Assembly (NCBI GenBank): GCA_963705505.1
Contig: CAVPJU010000006.1
Span: forward strand, 96,001 to 160,000
Reading direction: 5' to 3'
DNA length: 64,000 bases
Origin: an uncultured bacterium
GTDB taxonomy: Bacteria; Desulfobacterota_D; UBA1144; Nemesobacterales; UBA2774
Below the pieces are notes generated by a model. It saw only the letters and a list, made by a program, of their open reading frames with translations. It ran no database searches and was not told the origin of the DNA. How positions within the stretch are numbered: position 1 is the first letter of the stretch; each line of letters opens with the position of its first letter. Of the stretch, positions 10,913-19,944 are shown piece by piece. The translations under genes and the position numbers were made by a program.

Positions 10913-11962
10913 TTACTTCAGGAACTGTTTCAGGGGGCCCTGGGGATTAATCATCCCTTTGAGATCACTGTAGCCGACGAGAACAAAATACGGCCCTTCG
11001 ACGTAAGGGCCCACTGCATACGGGGCGAAAGCGAACGTGATACCCCGGGGAGAGACAGCGAAAACGCTCAGGTCACCGGCCTTAAGCTCCTTCAATTCCC
11101 CGTTCAATACCCATCCGGCCTTCTGCTTTCTGAGATCGCCTATGCAATAACCGGAGAGTGCTTTTATAAAATCCGAATTGGGCTTAAAAAGGTCCGGCAA
11201 ATTCAGAAGTAATGCCTTGCCGTCCTTTATCCAGTAATTCGAAGACATGTATAAGGTATTACCGTGGGCGCCGCCGGTGTAGGAAAAGACCTCCCCTGAG
11301 AGACTGACCAATTCAGGCGAATAATATTCAATCGAGTAGCTGTAGTCTTCCTGCCAGCCGCCGGCAGAATCCCGAGTGGTGAAAAAATCCTCCGCTTCTT
11401 CCGCGAATTTTTTTCTTTCCGAGGCGGCTCCTTTCTCCAGTCTGTCCGTTATTTCACGGAAAGCCTTGGTGTCCGATAAAAAGTAAGGGTACATATAGGA
11501 CGCCTCATATTTACCTCCCCCGTTTGCATTCGTTGAAACGAAGTCGGCGACCTTAGTGAGCTTAAAGGGTAACGTCGTGAGTCCGTTCGCCTTTGACCAC
11601 TTACCTTCTATGACCTTCCCGAAATCCTTCCCGTCACCGCGGACCGTCCCCGTAAAAGTTCCAGTTTTGCTCCCCTTTTCATCCTGCTCCACGAGCGTAA
11701 TTGCAGAGGAGTTGTAGTCCGCCTCCCCGGTAAGAGCAATCGGGATGCCGACTTTGTCATACATATACGATCCAGAAGCGTCTCCCGAGTCAATTATCAG
11801 CTCCATCTGCACGTCGAGATTATCCCCTATGGTCCCGACGTAGTAATAACGCGATTCCCCTCCCTGCTTGTCCTGCGCCGGCAGGGGTAAACAAAAAAAA
11901 TTACAAAGAGCTATGGAAAATACGAGAATTAAAGCCGGCTTAGAGAGCCTCGACATTATCAT
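10913..11962 (-). CDS. Secreted DUF4163/DUF3298 (RsiV-like) domain protein
   Basis: N-terminal signal peptide; YTGGAHG motif; FAPYAVGPYVEG C-terminal motif. Confidence 0.75.
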   Translation of the reverse strand: MIMSRLSKPALILVFSIALCNFFCLPLPAQDKQGGESRYYYVGTIGDNLDVQMELIIDSGDASGSYMYDKVGIPIALTGEADYNSSAITLVEQDEKGSKTGTFTGTVRGDGKDFGKVIEGKWSKANGLTTLPFKLTKVADFVSTNANGGGKYEASYMYPYFLSDTKAFREITDRLEKGAASERKKFAEEAEDFFTTRDSAGGWQEDYSYSIEYYSPELVSLSGEVFSYTGGAHGNTLYMSSNYWIKDGKALLLNLPDLFKPNSDFIKALSGYCIGDLRKQKAGWVLNGELKELKAGDLSVFAVSPRGITFAFAPYAVGPYVEGPYFVLVGYSDLKGMINPQGPLKQFLK

Positions 11963-12074
11963 CTTTCACCCCCGGGAGGTCGATCAAGAACGATTATAGA
12001 ATATTACGCTCAAAGCAATAAGGTGTACATCGTCCCCGGAGACTTGCTTCTTTTTGTCGCTAATTATCGGAATC

Positions 12075-12106
12075 TGTCATACCGCCCTTTGACAACTTTT
12101 GTCAAA
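12075..12106. promoter_or_regulatory. Candidate binding sites for an enhancer-binding protein (bEBP)
   Basis: TGTCA-N10-TGACA (12075-12094) overlaps the palindrome TTTGACAA-CTT-TTGTCAAA (12088-12106), about 130-160 bp upstream of the predicted sigma54 start site. Confidence 0.5.
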
Positions 12107-12211
12107 AAAGTACAAAAAATTTACCGCTTTTCCCCGTTTAATATATACATGCACCATTTCGATATTTATATTATGCAATAATCAGAGCAAGTTGTATCGT
12201 ATCATTACATT

Positions 12212-12227
12212 TGGCACGCGCATTGCA
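12212..12227 (+). promoter_or_regulatory. Sigma54 (-24/-12) promoter
   Basis: TGGCAC-GCGCA-TTGCA is an exact match to the TGGCAC-N5-TTGCW consensus. Confidence 0.8.
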
Positions 12228-12238
12228 TAATATCGGAT

Positions 12239-12407
12239 TAAGTTTTGTAGCAAATTAATGAGTTGATTCCAGAATCGAATTTGCGGAGTCACGAGAGAAT
12301 GGAAAGTTTGAAACAAAACGTATCGATTGACTTAAAGCTGGCCATAACATATTCCCCATCCTCTAAAGGGTGGATCCTTGAAGAAATTCATGGGTTCACC
12401 CTTATTT
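12239..12407 (+). ncRNA. Putative sigma54-dependent small RNA (family unknown)
   Basis: Lies between the sigma54 promoter and a plus-strand-specific hairpin terminator; both flanking genes are on the minus strand. Confidence 0.45.
12366..12407 (+). terminator. Intrinsic terminator-like hairpin
   Basis: AAGGGTGGATCC-T-TGAA-GAAA-TTCA-T-GGGTTCACCCTT-ATTT. Two G.U pairs and a GNRA loop favour the plus strand; the U-tract is short. Confidence 0.6.
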
Positions 12408-12449
12408 CATCTCCTGACTTTATCACCGGATAAATTTAGGTATTCACTA

Positions 12450-13235
12450 TCATTCACTATTCCCTATATTGAGGGAAAGAACTTTCATCATTTCTTCGTG
12501 AATGCCGCCATTGGACGCGAGGATTTCCTTTACATAGATGCTGTAATCCCCGCCCGTCAAATTCGTTACCCTGCCCCCCGCTTCCTCTACGATCAGAACC
12601 CCCGCAGCCGTGTCCCAGGGGTTAAGGCCGAGCTCCCAGAATCCGTCGAACCGGCCGCAGGCAAGGTAACAGAGGTCAAGCGCCGCCGAACCGTCCCTTC
12701 TCACCGATCTTGCCCTCCTGATGAAATCGGCGAAGTGCTTCAGATTCTCCTCGACCATCCTGATATCGTCATGAACGAAACCTGTGACGAGGTGGCCCTC
12801 GTCGAGGCGCACGGCACCGGTTACGTGTATCGCCTCTCCGTTCAAAAAAGCCCCGCTGCCGAACTCAGCCGAAAACAACTCGTCTTTAATCGGGTCGTAG
12901 ACCAGGCCCGCCCTCACAACGCCTTCGATCTCAAGCGCTATGGATACGGAAAAAAAAGGGTAGCCGTGGGCGAAATTGGTAGTGCCGTCGAGCGGGTCTA
13001 TTATCCACACGTATTCGGAATTTGCCGACTGCCTGCCCGACTCTTCCGCAAATATGTCGTGGGAGGGGAAACTCCTCTTTATGCAGTCGATAATAATTTC
13101 CTCGGCCTGCTTATCGACTTCGGTCACGAGGCTGTTCTTGCCTTTATAGGTTATTTCTTTTACCTTCCCTGATTTTTCCCTTAAAAGCTCCCCCGCCTCC
13201 CTTGCGGCTTTTTCAGCGACTTTTATATATATCAA
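12450..13235 (-). CDS. suhB: Inositol monophosphatase family protein (SuhB-like)
   Basis: LVTEVD..AEE..WIIDPLDGTTNFAHG, RRDGSAALDL and WDTAAG motifs. Confidence 0.92.
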   Translation of the reverse strand: MIYIKVAEKAAREAGELLREKSGKVKEITYKGKNSLVTEVDKQAEEIIIDCIKRSFPSHDIFAEESGRQSANSEYVWIIDPLDGTTNFAHGYPFFSVSIALEIEGVVRAGLVYDPIKDELFSAEFGSGAFLNGEAIHVTGAVRLDEGHLVTGFVHDDIRMVEENLKHFADFIRRARSVRRDGSAALDLCYLACGRFDGFWELGLNPWDTAAGVLIVEEAGGRVTNLTGGDYSIYVKEILASNGGIHEEMMKVLSLNIGNSE

Positions 13236-13402
13236 GACATACTCCTGAGTGGGATGATTTTATAAAAAGCTCTGATAATCTATGCTTAATCAAAGATTCC
13301 GACTCTGTGAGCGGGAACCTTTCTTGACGAACCGGGCGTACACATTACCCCTATTTCGAATACCAGGATATTTATTCGAAGACCGCGGCTCAATACCGAG
13401 GA

Positions 13403-13606
13403 TCAATCAGCAGGCGTTTCCGGTATTATTATCCAGCCCAATATGTAGACAATCACAGCCGTACCGAGAGTAAAAAGCGCGATCAAGGCAAATATGAGTC
13501 TTATCAGAGTGGGATCGATTGAAAACATCTCGCCGAGGCCGCCGCATATGCCCCCTAACATCCTGTCGGTTCTCGAACGGTAGAGCTTCTTTATATTATC
13601 AGCCAT
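13403..13606 (-). CDS. PspC domain membrane protein
   Basis: KKLYRSRTDRMLGGICGGLGE..IDPTLIR..YILGWIIIPE. Confidence 0.9.
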   Translation of the reverse strand: MADNIKKLYRSRTDRMLGGICGGLGEMFSIDPTLIRLIFALIALFTLGTAVIVYILGWIIIPETPAD

Positions 13607-13868
13607 GGTTCACCCCCGAATTGAATTATAAAGGAGTATACCTAAATATAACGCCCGGATTATCTATTTTAATTGAACCTTAATGCGGATACGCCCCATA
13701 TAAGAATTCACGGGACCTCGTCTACGGAAAAAACATTTACCATGAATTATAGGCTTATTGTTTATCATTGCCGCTGAGCTATAATAATCCGGGCGGCGAT
13801 GCCGGAGCGTCGCGAATTACGGGTTTAAGGTTCGATACCCAAGAGAAAATTACGAGGAGAGTCAGCAT

Positions 13869-14291
13869 ATGAGTGGTTCACTGAAGCCCGGAATGACTTT
13901 CGAGTTCGATTTCACAATACCGGAGTCGAAAACCGTTCCGTACATATATCCCGAATCAGAGGAATTCCAGATTATGCCGAAAGTCTTCTCAACGGGGTTC
14001 ATGATAGGCCTTATCGAATGGGCGTGCGTCAGGTTCGTCAACAACCACATCGACTGGCCGCGTGAGCAGACCGTCGGCATAGACGTGAATCTGAACCATA
14101 CGGCCGCGACCCCTCCCGGATTGACCGTAAACGTGAAAGGGGAGCTCATCGACGTTGACGGCAGGAAACTGACGTTTTCTATTGTCGCTCACGACGGTAT
14201 AGACGTGATATCGGAGGGGACGCACCAGAGATTCATAGTCGACGCCGAGAGGTTCAGAGCCAGAGTCGAGAAGAAAGCGAAACCGGAATAA
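13869..14291 (+). CDS. Fluoroacetyl-CoA thioesterase (FlK)-like hotdog-fold thioesterase
   Basis: YPESEEF lid, VFSTGFMIGLIEWAC (Thr42, Glu50), HTAATPPG (His77), GTHQR (Arg121); SD GAGGAG upstream. Confidence 0.85.
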   Translation: MSGSLKPGMTFEFDFTIPESKTVPYIYPESEEFQIMPKVFSTGFMIGLIEWACVRFVNNHIDWPREQTVGIDVNLNHTAATPPGLTVNVKGELIDVDGRKLTFSIVAHDGIDVISEGTHQRFIVDAERFRARVEKKAKPE

Positions 14292-14352
14292 CGGGACCGC
14301 GCACAATTTTCACATTTTAAGCGCGCCATTCCGATTGCCGGATGCAGGTGCA

Positions 14353-15096
14353 ATGAATAAAAACGATACTGCAAATAAGAAAATAGATACATCCGCCGTA
14401 AAAGCTCTTACATTCGATGTTTTCGGGACAGTCGTAGACTGGAGGTCTTCGATTATCAGGGAATGCAGTCTCCTCGGGAAATCGAAGGGGATCGAGGCGG
14501 ACTGGCCCCGGTTCGCCGACTCCTGGCGCGCGGGCTACGCCCCCGCCATGAACCGCGTCCGCACGGGCGAGCTGCCGTGGATGAGCATCGATTCCCTTCA
14601 CAGGATGGTACTCGAGAAACTCCTTCAGCAATTCGGTATCGAAGGTCTATCCGAGAGCGAGAAAGACGACCTCAACCGGGCATGGCACAGGCTCACACCC
14701 TGGCCCGATTCAGTCGAAGGGCTCGAAAGGATTCGGAAAAGATATGTTACCGCAACTTTATCAAACGGAAATATCTCGCTTCTCGTAAACATGGCGAAAT
14801 ATGCGGGGCTCACCTGGGACTGCGTGCTCTCTTCAGAGCTTGCGAACCATTATAAGCCCGATAAGGAGGTATATCTGACGGCGGCAGGATTGCTCGGACT
14901 CGAGCCTGAGAACGTCATGATGGTCGCCGCGCATACGGATGATCTTCTGGCGGCAAAGGCCCTTGGTTTCAAGACCGCTTTTGTCTGGAGGCCTCTTGAG
15001 TTCGGTCCCCCGGGCGAGACTGAGGAAAAAGAAGAGATGCCGTTTGATATAGTCGCCCGTGATTTCAACGACCTCGCAGAAAAGCTCGGAGCATGA
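14353..15096 (+). CDS. L-2-haloacid dehalogenase (type II, HAD superfamily)
   Basis: FDVFGTVVDW (nucleophile Asp), WRAGY, WHRLTPWPDS, LSNGN, YKP and AAHTDDL motifs; likely start is ATG 14353. Confidence 0.88.
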   Translation: MNKNDTANKKIDTSAVKALTFDVFGTVVDWRSSIIRECSLLGKSKGIEADWPRFADSWRAGYAPAMNRVRTGELPWMSIDSLHRMVLEKLLQQFGIEGLSESEKDDLNRAWHRLTPWPDSVEGLERIRKRYVTATLSNGNISLLVNMAKYAGLTWDCVLSSELANHYKPDKEVYLTAAGLLGLEPENVMMVAAHTDDLLAAKALGFKTAFVWRPLEFGPPGETEEKEEMPFDIVARDFNDLAEKLGA

Positions 15097-15201
15097 TTTC
15101 CGATAAAATTATTTTCCGGGCAGTCAATTAATCCGATGCTTTTATAACTTCAGCAGAACCCGAATCATATATATTGTCACAGGCGGATACGTCCCCGGTG
15201 T

Positions 15202-16923
15202 CTATTCGAAAGTCTGAATTTTATAGAGACCCGCGTATATGCCGTTTTTTTCCATAAGCTCTGCATGGGTCCCGTATTCAACGAGCCTCCCCTTGTCGAA
15301 CACCGCAATGGAATCGAACCCGCTTATAGAAGGGACCCGGCTTGAGATAGCGAGCAAAGTCCTTCCCTTCATTTCCCTTCTGAGATTCTTCAGTACCATG
15401 CTCTCGGTCTTGAGATCGAGCGAGGAAAATACATCATCGAGAATGAGCACGCTCGGCTTAAGGAGAATCGCCCTCGCGATCGCGATCCTTTGCCTCTGCC
15501 CTCCCGAAAGGCTGAGACCCCTCTCGCCGACCCTGGCGTCGAACCCGCCCGGGAAATCTAGGATTTCATCATATATCTCGGCGACCCTGGCGGCTTTCTC
15601 GATGTCGGCATCGGTGATATCCGGGTCCATGAAAGAGATATTATCCTTCACGGTGCCGCTGAATACGGTCGTTTCCTGGGGGACGTATATTATCCCTTCC
15701 CTCAAGCTGTCCTTTTTTATTTTTCTGACGTCGATGCCGTCGACAAACATCGTATTTTCAGGCGGCTCTTCAACCCTGGTGAGGAGCTGAAAGAGCGTGC
15801 TCTTACCCGATCCCGTTGCCCCTGTGAATCCTACGGCTTTACCGGCCGGTATAGTGAGTGTTATGTTTTTAAGCGCCCTCTTCCCGTTATATGAGAAGCT
15901 CAGGTCCCTCAACTCGATATTCCCGTCGATTTCGACCTCGACGGTGCCCGACTCCGCGGGAGACTGCGGCTTGACGAGGAGTATGTCGTTTATCCTGTTG
16001 AGCGAAGCGTTCCCTCTCTTGATTATGTCGACCGCCCAGCCCATGGCCATCATGGGCCACGCGAGCATCGTCAGATAAACGAGGACGGCGGCGAAATCAC
16101 CAAGTGTGATATTGAGCGTGATGGTGTCTATCCCTCCGAGCCAGAGGAAAATAACGGTCGCGATCGCGGCAAGGTACGTAATTACGGGCTGATATACTCC
16201 CCATATCTTTATCAGGTGCAGGTTCTTTCCCAAATAATCATAGCTCGAAGTCTCGAAGTCTTTTTCTTCCTCACGCTCCCTCACGAACGCCTTAACCACC
16301 TTTATCCCGGATATCGATGCCCTGGCGCTCTCGGTGAGCACCGAGAATGAATCCTGTACCTTCTGGAACCTTTTCTCAATCATTTTGCCGAACCTGAGGA
16401 TGATAAAGCCTAATATGGGAAAAGGGATAAAGGCGTATAAGGTGAGCTGCGGGGATATGTACAGCATCGCGCCGAAGATAAATATAAGAAGAAAGACTCC
16501 GTCGTAAGCTATGAGCACGCCGAGACCGCAGGCGAACTTCAGGGTTTCGATGTCGTTCACCGTGTGGGCCATCAGGTCCCCGACCTTTCTTTGTGAAAAG
16601 AAGTCAAAATGCAGGCTCTGGAGGTGTGAAAAGAACTCGTTTCGGAGCGACTGCTCTATCTTCCGCGCCGCGCCCATTATGAAATATCTCCAAAAAAACC
16701 TGAATACGGACATGGCGACAGCTATCAGCAGCAGCAGCAGGCCATATTGTGAAATATCGCCTAAGCCCGCGCCTTTGAGCGTCAGGGTGTCGACTACCCT
16801 CTCTACGATCAACGGGATGGAAAGCTGGCAAAGATCCACCAGGGAAAGAGCCACAAGCCCCGCAAGAAAAGCATATTTGTATTTCAGAAGTAATGAAAAA
16901 AGGGTCTTCTTTCTATCCATCAA
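15202..16923 (-). CDS. ABC exporter, fused TMD-NBD (MdlA/YheI-like)
   Basis: Multi-TM N-terminal domain; Walker A GATGSGKS; signature LSGGQRQR; Walker B ILDD. Confidence 0.9.
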   Translation of the reverse strand: MMDRKKTLFSLLLKYKYAFLAGLVALSLVDLCQLSIPLIVERVVDTLTLKGAGLGDISQYGLLLLLIAVAMSVFRFFWRYFIMGAARKIEQSLRNEFFSHLQSLHFDFFSQRKVGDLMAHTVNDIETLKFACGLGVLIAYDGVFLLIFIFGAMLYISPQLTLYAFIPFPILGFIILRFGKMIEKRFQKVQDSFSVLTESARASISGIKVVKAFVREREEEKDFETSSYDYLGKNLHLIKIWGVYQPVITYLAAIATVIFLWLGGIDTITLNITLGDFAAVLVYLTMLAWPMMAMGWAVDIIKRGNASLNRINDILLVKPQSPAESGTVEVEIDGNIELRDLSFSYNGKRALKNITLTIPAGKAVGFTGATGSGKSTLFQLLTRVEEPPENTMFVDGIDVRKIKKDSLREGIIYVPQETTVFSGTVKDNISFMDPDITDADIEKAARVAEIYDEILDFPGGFDARVGERGLSLSGGQRQRIAIARAILLKPSVLILDDVFSSLDLKTESMVLKNLRREMKGRTLLAISSRVPSISGFDSIAVFDKGRLVEYGTHAELMEKNGIYAGLYKIQTFE

Positions 16924-17155
16924 GATCGAACTTTCGTGGTCAGGATATTATTTAAAGCAGGTTAACAGCATTTTAGTATACCTGAAGGGGCGGGGCGAAT
17001 ATTTCCGGCCCCGGAGGTCCCCGTTTTGGAGACTAAAGTCGGCCGGGCTCTTGATAATATGCCCGTCACGTGATCATCGCCCCGAAGGCGGACGTATTGA
17101 CGTGGATTCATAAAAAAATGATGTTTCAATCCCTGGATATTGAAAAAATCGACTG

Positions 17156-17761
17156 TCAGGGCATGGACTTAATGCCTTTTCCCGATTCACCCATTTTCAA
17201 TGCTTTCCCGTCGGGGGAGTATTGAGCCCAGAACCAGTTTATATCCTGCGGATCATTCCCGCCTAAATTTATCATCGCCGAGATTGTTTGAAGCTGGTCC
17301 TGATCGTCGTATCTTTCCTTAACCACTATCGAGCCCGGAGGAAGAGACTTTGAATGACTTTGTATCGCGTTATCAGCCAGATCGTTTATATAAGTTTTAA
17401 CATAATGTTTCTTTTTCTCGGAGTCCTTATTTAAACTATGTGCGGCGGGTAGCTCTTTCCAGTGTTTGTATTCTTCGGTCTGCATCTGATTCCAGAGCTC
17501 GGTCGCTATCTCGGCAGGGGCTTTCTTATTCAGCTCCTCGACCTGCGCTTCATGCATTTCCTTGCTCTTTTCGGCAACATCTTCAACCGCTTGCTCCGCT
17601 TCCTTTCCCGCCTTATCGGCTGTCTCGGAAACATCTTCTTTTACCCGTTCCGTAGTTGAAGTTTCTTTTTGAGTATCGGATTTATTGTCGGACTTCTCGC
17701 ATCCGGCATAGATTAAGCAAAGCGCAAAAAGCACCACGGCTAGGAAACTCGAAGCTCTCAT
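17156..17761 (-). CDS. Lipoprotein with a C-terminal cytochrome P460-like domain that lacks CxxCH
   Basis: Lipobox YAGC; charged linker; YKHW..TYIN..LPPGSIVVKE..WFWAQYSPDGK pattern of P460-family proteins; ends in GIKSMP. Confidence 0.55.
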   Translation of the reverse strand: MRASSFLAVVLFALCLIYAGCEKSDNKSDTQKETSTTERVKEDVSETADKAGKEAEQAVEDVAEKSKEMHEAQVEELNKKAPAEIATELWNQMQTEEYKHWKELPAAHSLNKDSEKKKHYVKTYINDLADNAIQSHSKSLPPGSIVVKERYDDQDQLQTISAMINLGGNDPQDINWFWAQYSPDGKALKMGESGKGIKSMP

Positions 17762-17976
17762 ATACTCCTCCGTTCTTTTTTGTGTGATAATTCTATCATC
17801 ATGATTTTAAAAAATCCAAGTTTTATTGTGTATTCGGGCAGCAGTGTTATTTACCCGGTATCCCGATAGTCATTGCCCGATGCGTCCCGAATGAGCCCGG
17901 AAACCCGCCCGCGGAACCCGTCGCGTACCCGTTCAAAAGGGGGGATATCGGTTCCGGGGCTTCGAAAAAAAACCAC

Positions 17977-18005
17977 TTGACAAAAATTTTGAGATATACT
18001 AATAT
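17977..18005 (+). promoter_or_regulatory. Sigma70 promoter of the TetR-aminotransferase operon
   Basis: TTGACA-17 bp-TAATAT. Confidence 0.7.
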
Positions 18006-18011
18006 CTGATG

Positions 18012-18025
18012 ACTGACTAGTCAGT
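18012..18025. promoter_or_regulatory. Putative TetR operator
   Basis: Perfect 14-bp palindrome ACTGACTAGTCAGT at the predicted transcription start, upstream of a TetR gene. Confidence 0.7.
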
Positions 18026-18050
18026 TCAATACTTAAGTGATGGGTTAAAG

Positions 18051-18710
18051 ATGGCTAAACCGCATAAATCAATTAAAGAGCAGGCCTCTCCGCGTACGAG
18101 GCAGTTGAGAAAAACCGGACGAAAGGAGGAGATCATAAAGGCCGCGGCTAACCTCTTTTCACAGAAGAGCTATCACGACGTCACGATGGACGATATAGCG
18201 GAGAAAGTCGGCGTCGCCAAGGGGACGATTTACCTCTATTTCGATTCCAAGGAGAACCTCTATCTGGAAATACTGGAGGAAACCTACGAAGAAATCGAGT
18301 CGATACTAGAAAGGGAAACAGCCAAAAGCGACTCCGCCCCCGAGAAGCTCAAGAAAGTCCTCGGACTTATCTTCAATTTCTATCTTCAGAATCTGGATGC
18401 GTTGCGTATCCTGAGCAGGGACGAGACTCACCTGATCAGAGAGCATTTCGAATTCACCGAGCACTGGCGCCTCAGAAGAATAAAGCTATATCGAAAAATT
18501 TTGGAAAAAGGAATAAACGAAGGGTCGTTCCGCCATTCCAACACGGAGCTTACAGCCCTCATTATTTTCGGGCTTGTCAGGTCCGTGATGTTTTATTACA
18601 AAACGGATGACAGCGCGGAAGATATCGCGGAAGAGGTATATTCGATGATTTCCGGGGGAATCCTGGTCCCCCGTTTCGAAAAGACCGAAGCCGCGAGTAT
18701 GTACAAGTAA
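18051..18710 (+). CDS. TetR/AcrR family transcriptional regulator
   Basis: IIKAAANLF..YHDVTMDDIAEKVGVAKGTIYLYFDSKENL helix-turn-helix. Confidence 0.93.
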   Translation: MAKPHKSIKEQASPRTRQLRKTGRKEEIIKAAANLFSQKSYHDVTMDDIAEKVGVAKGTIYLYFDSKENLYLEILEETYEEIESILERETAKSDSAPEKLKKVLGLIFNFYLQNLDALRILSRDETHLIREHFEFTEHWRLRRIKLYRKILEKGINEGSFRHSNTELTALIIFGLVRSVMFYYKTDDSAEDIAEEVYSMISGGILVPRFEKTEAASMYK

Positions 18711-18748
18711 GGATTTAAAAATCATTCATCAATAAGGAGGTATTACAA

Positions 18749-19933
18749 ATGGCAGTCTCATATCCTTTCAGCTCAAAGATCAGCCATTTTGTTCCACCGA
18801 AGCAATGGGCCAGCATGAGGGTCGCCCGGGAGCTGGAGAAAAAGACCGGGCAGAAGATTATTCATTTTGAGAAAGGGGATTATCAGGGTCCTGATTTCGA
18901 TACCCCCGAACACGTGCTCCAAGCTACAGTGCAGGCGCTCAGGGACGGTTATGTCAGGTATGATCCGGGTCCCGGTCTCCCGGAACTCAGGGAAGCCATA
19001 GCGGCCGAGATGACGAGCCGCGGGAGAAAGACAAAACCCGAAGAGGTCATTGTGACTGCAGGAGCCAAGCACGCCCTGACCATGTCTCTCCTCACGTTCC
19101 TGGAAGAGGGGGACGAAGTGATTTTCCCGAATCCGGGCTATCCGCCCGACGAAGTGTGGGCAAAATACGTTAGAGCGAAAATCAATCATACGCCGCTTAC
19201 CAAACCCGACTGGCAGTTCGACATGGAAAAGCTCGAAAGCCTGATCACGCCGAAAACGAAGCTCCTTATCATCAACACCCCGCAGAGACCTAACGGGCAC
19301 CTCGTCGAGAACCCGGAGGAGATTGCCGAGCTCTGCTTCAAGCACCCGAATTTGATGGTCATATCGGACGAGATTTTTTCGCATGTGACCTACGACAAGC
19401 CGCACAGAACGATATCCGCAGTCCCGGGTATGGCCGATAGGACGATAGTGATCGATACTTTCTCCAAAACATACGCTATGACCGGCTGGAGGATAGGCTG
19501 GGCAGTAGCCCCTGTACCCGTCATCGACAAGCTCTCAATTTTCCTCCAGGACTCGATAACTAATGTCGCGGCATTCATTCAAAAAGCGGCCTATGCCGCA
19601 ATGTCGGGGCCGCAGGACTGGACCATCGAGAAGACCAAGCTGCTGAAGAAGAAGAGGGACAGAATGGTCGCGGGGCTGAACTCGATCCCCGGAATTCAGT
19701 GCGATTCGCCTGACGGGGCGTTCTACGCTTTCCCCGATATTACCGGAACGGGTTTAACCTCGCAGGAATTCACCGACCGCCTCGTTGAAACGGCCGGCGT
19801 AGCAGTCGTCGCAGGGACCGCGTTCGGCAGTCAGGGAGAAGGCTATGTTAGGGTCACCTACGCATGTTCCGACGCTGACATAGACGAGGGAATAAGAAGG
19901 ATAAAAACAGCGGACCTCAAAAAGACCGCTTAA
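18749..19933 (+). CDS. PLP-dependent aminotransferase class I/II (aspartate aminotransferase-like)
   Basis: GLPELREAIA, ISDEIF, TFSKTYAMTGWRIG (PLP lysine), GAFY and EGYVR motifs. Confidence 0.92.
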   Translation: MAVSYPFSSKISHFVPPKQWASMRVARELEKKTGQKIIHFEKGDYQGPDFDTPEHVLQATVQALRDGYVRYDPGPGLPELREAIAAEMTSRGRKTKPEEVIVTAGAKHALTMSLLTFLEEGDEVIFPNPGYPPDEVWAKYVRAKINHTPLTKPDWQFDMEKLESLITPKTKLLIINTPQRPNGHLVENPEEIAELCFKHPNLMVISDEIFSHVTYDKPHRTISAVPGMADRTIVIDTFSKTYAMTGWRIGWAVAPVPVIDKLSIFLQDSITNVAAFIQKAAYAAMSGPQDWTIEKTKLLKKKRDRMVAGLNSIPGIQCDSPDGAFYAFPDITGTGLTSQEFTDRLVETAGVAVVAGTAFGSQGEGYVRVTYACSDADIDEGIRRIKTADLKKTA

Positions 19934-19944
19934 TTGAAGATTAC

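Noticed and set aside
12378..13172. 264-aa plus-strand ORF as the product of the sigma54 promoter
   Set aside because: It is antisense to suhB, starts inside the terminator hairpin, and has no protein-like motifs.
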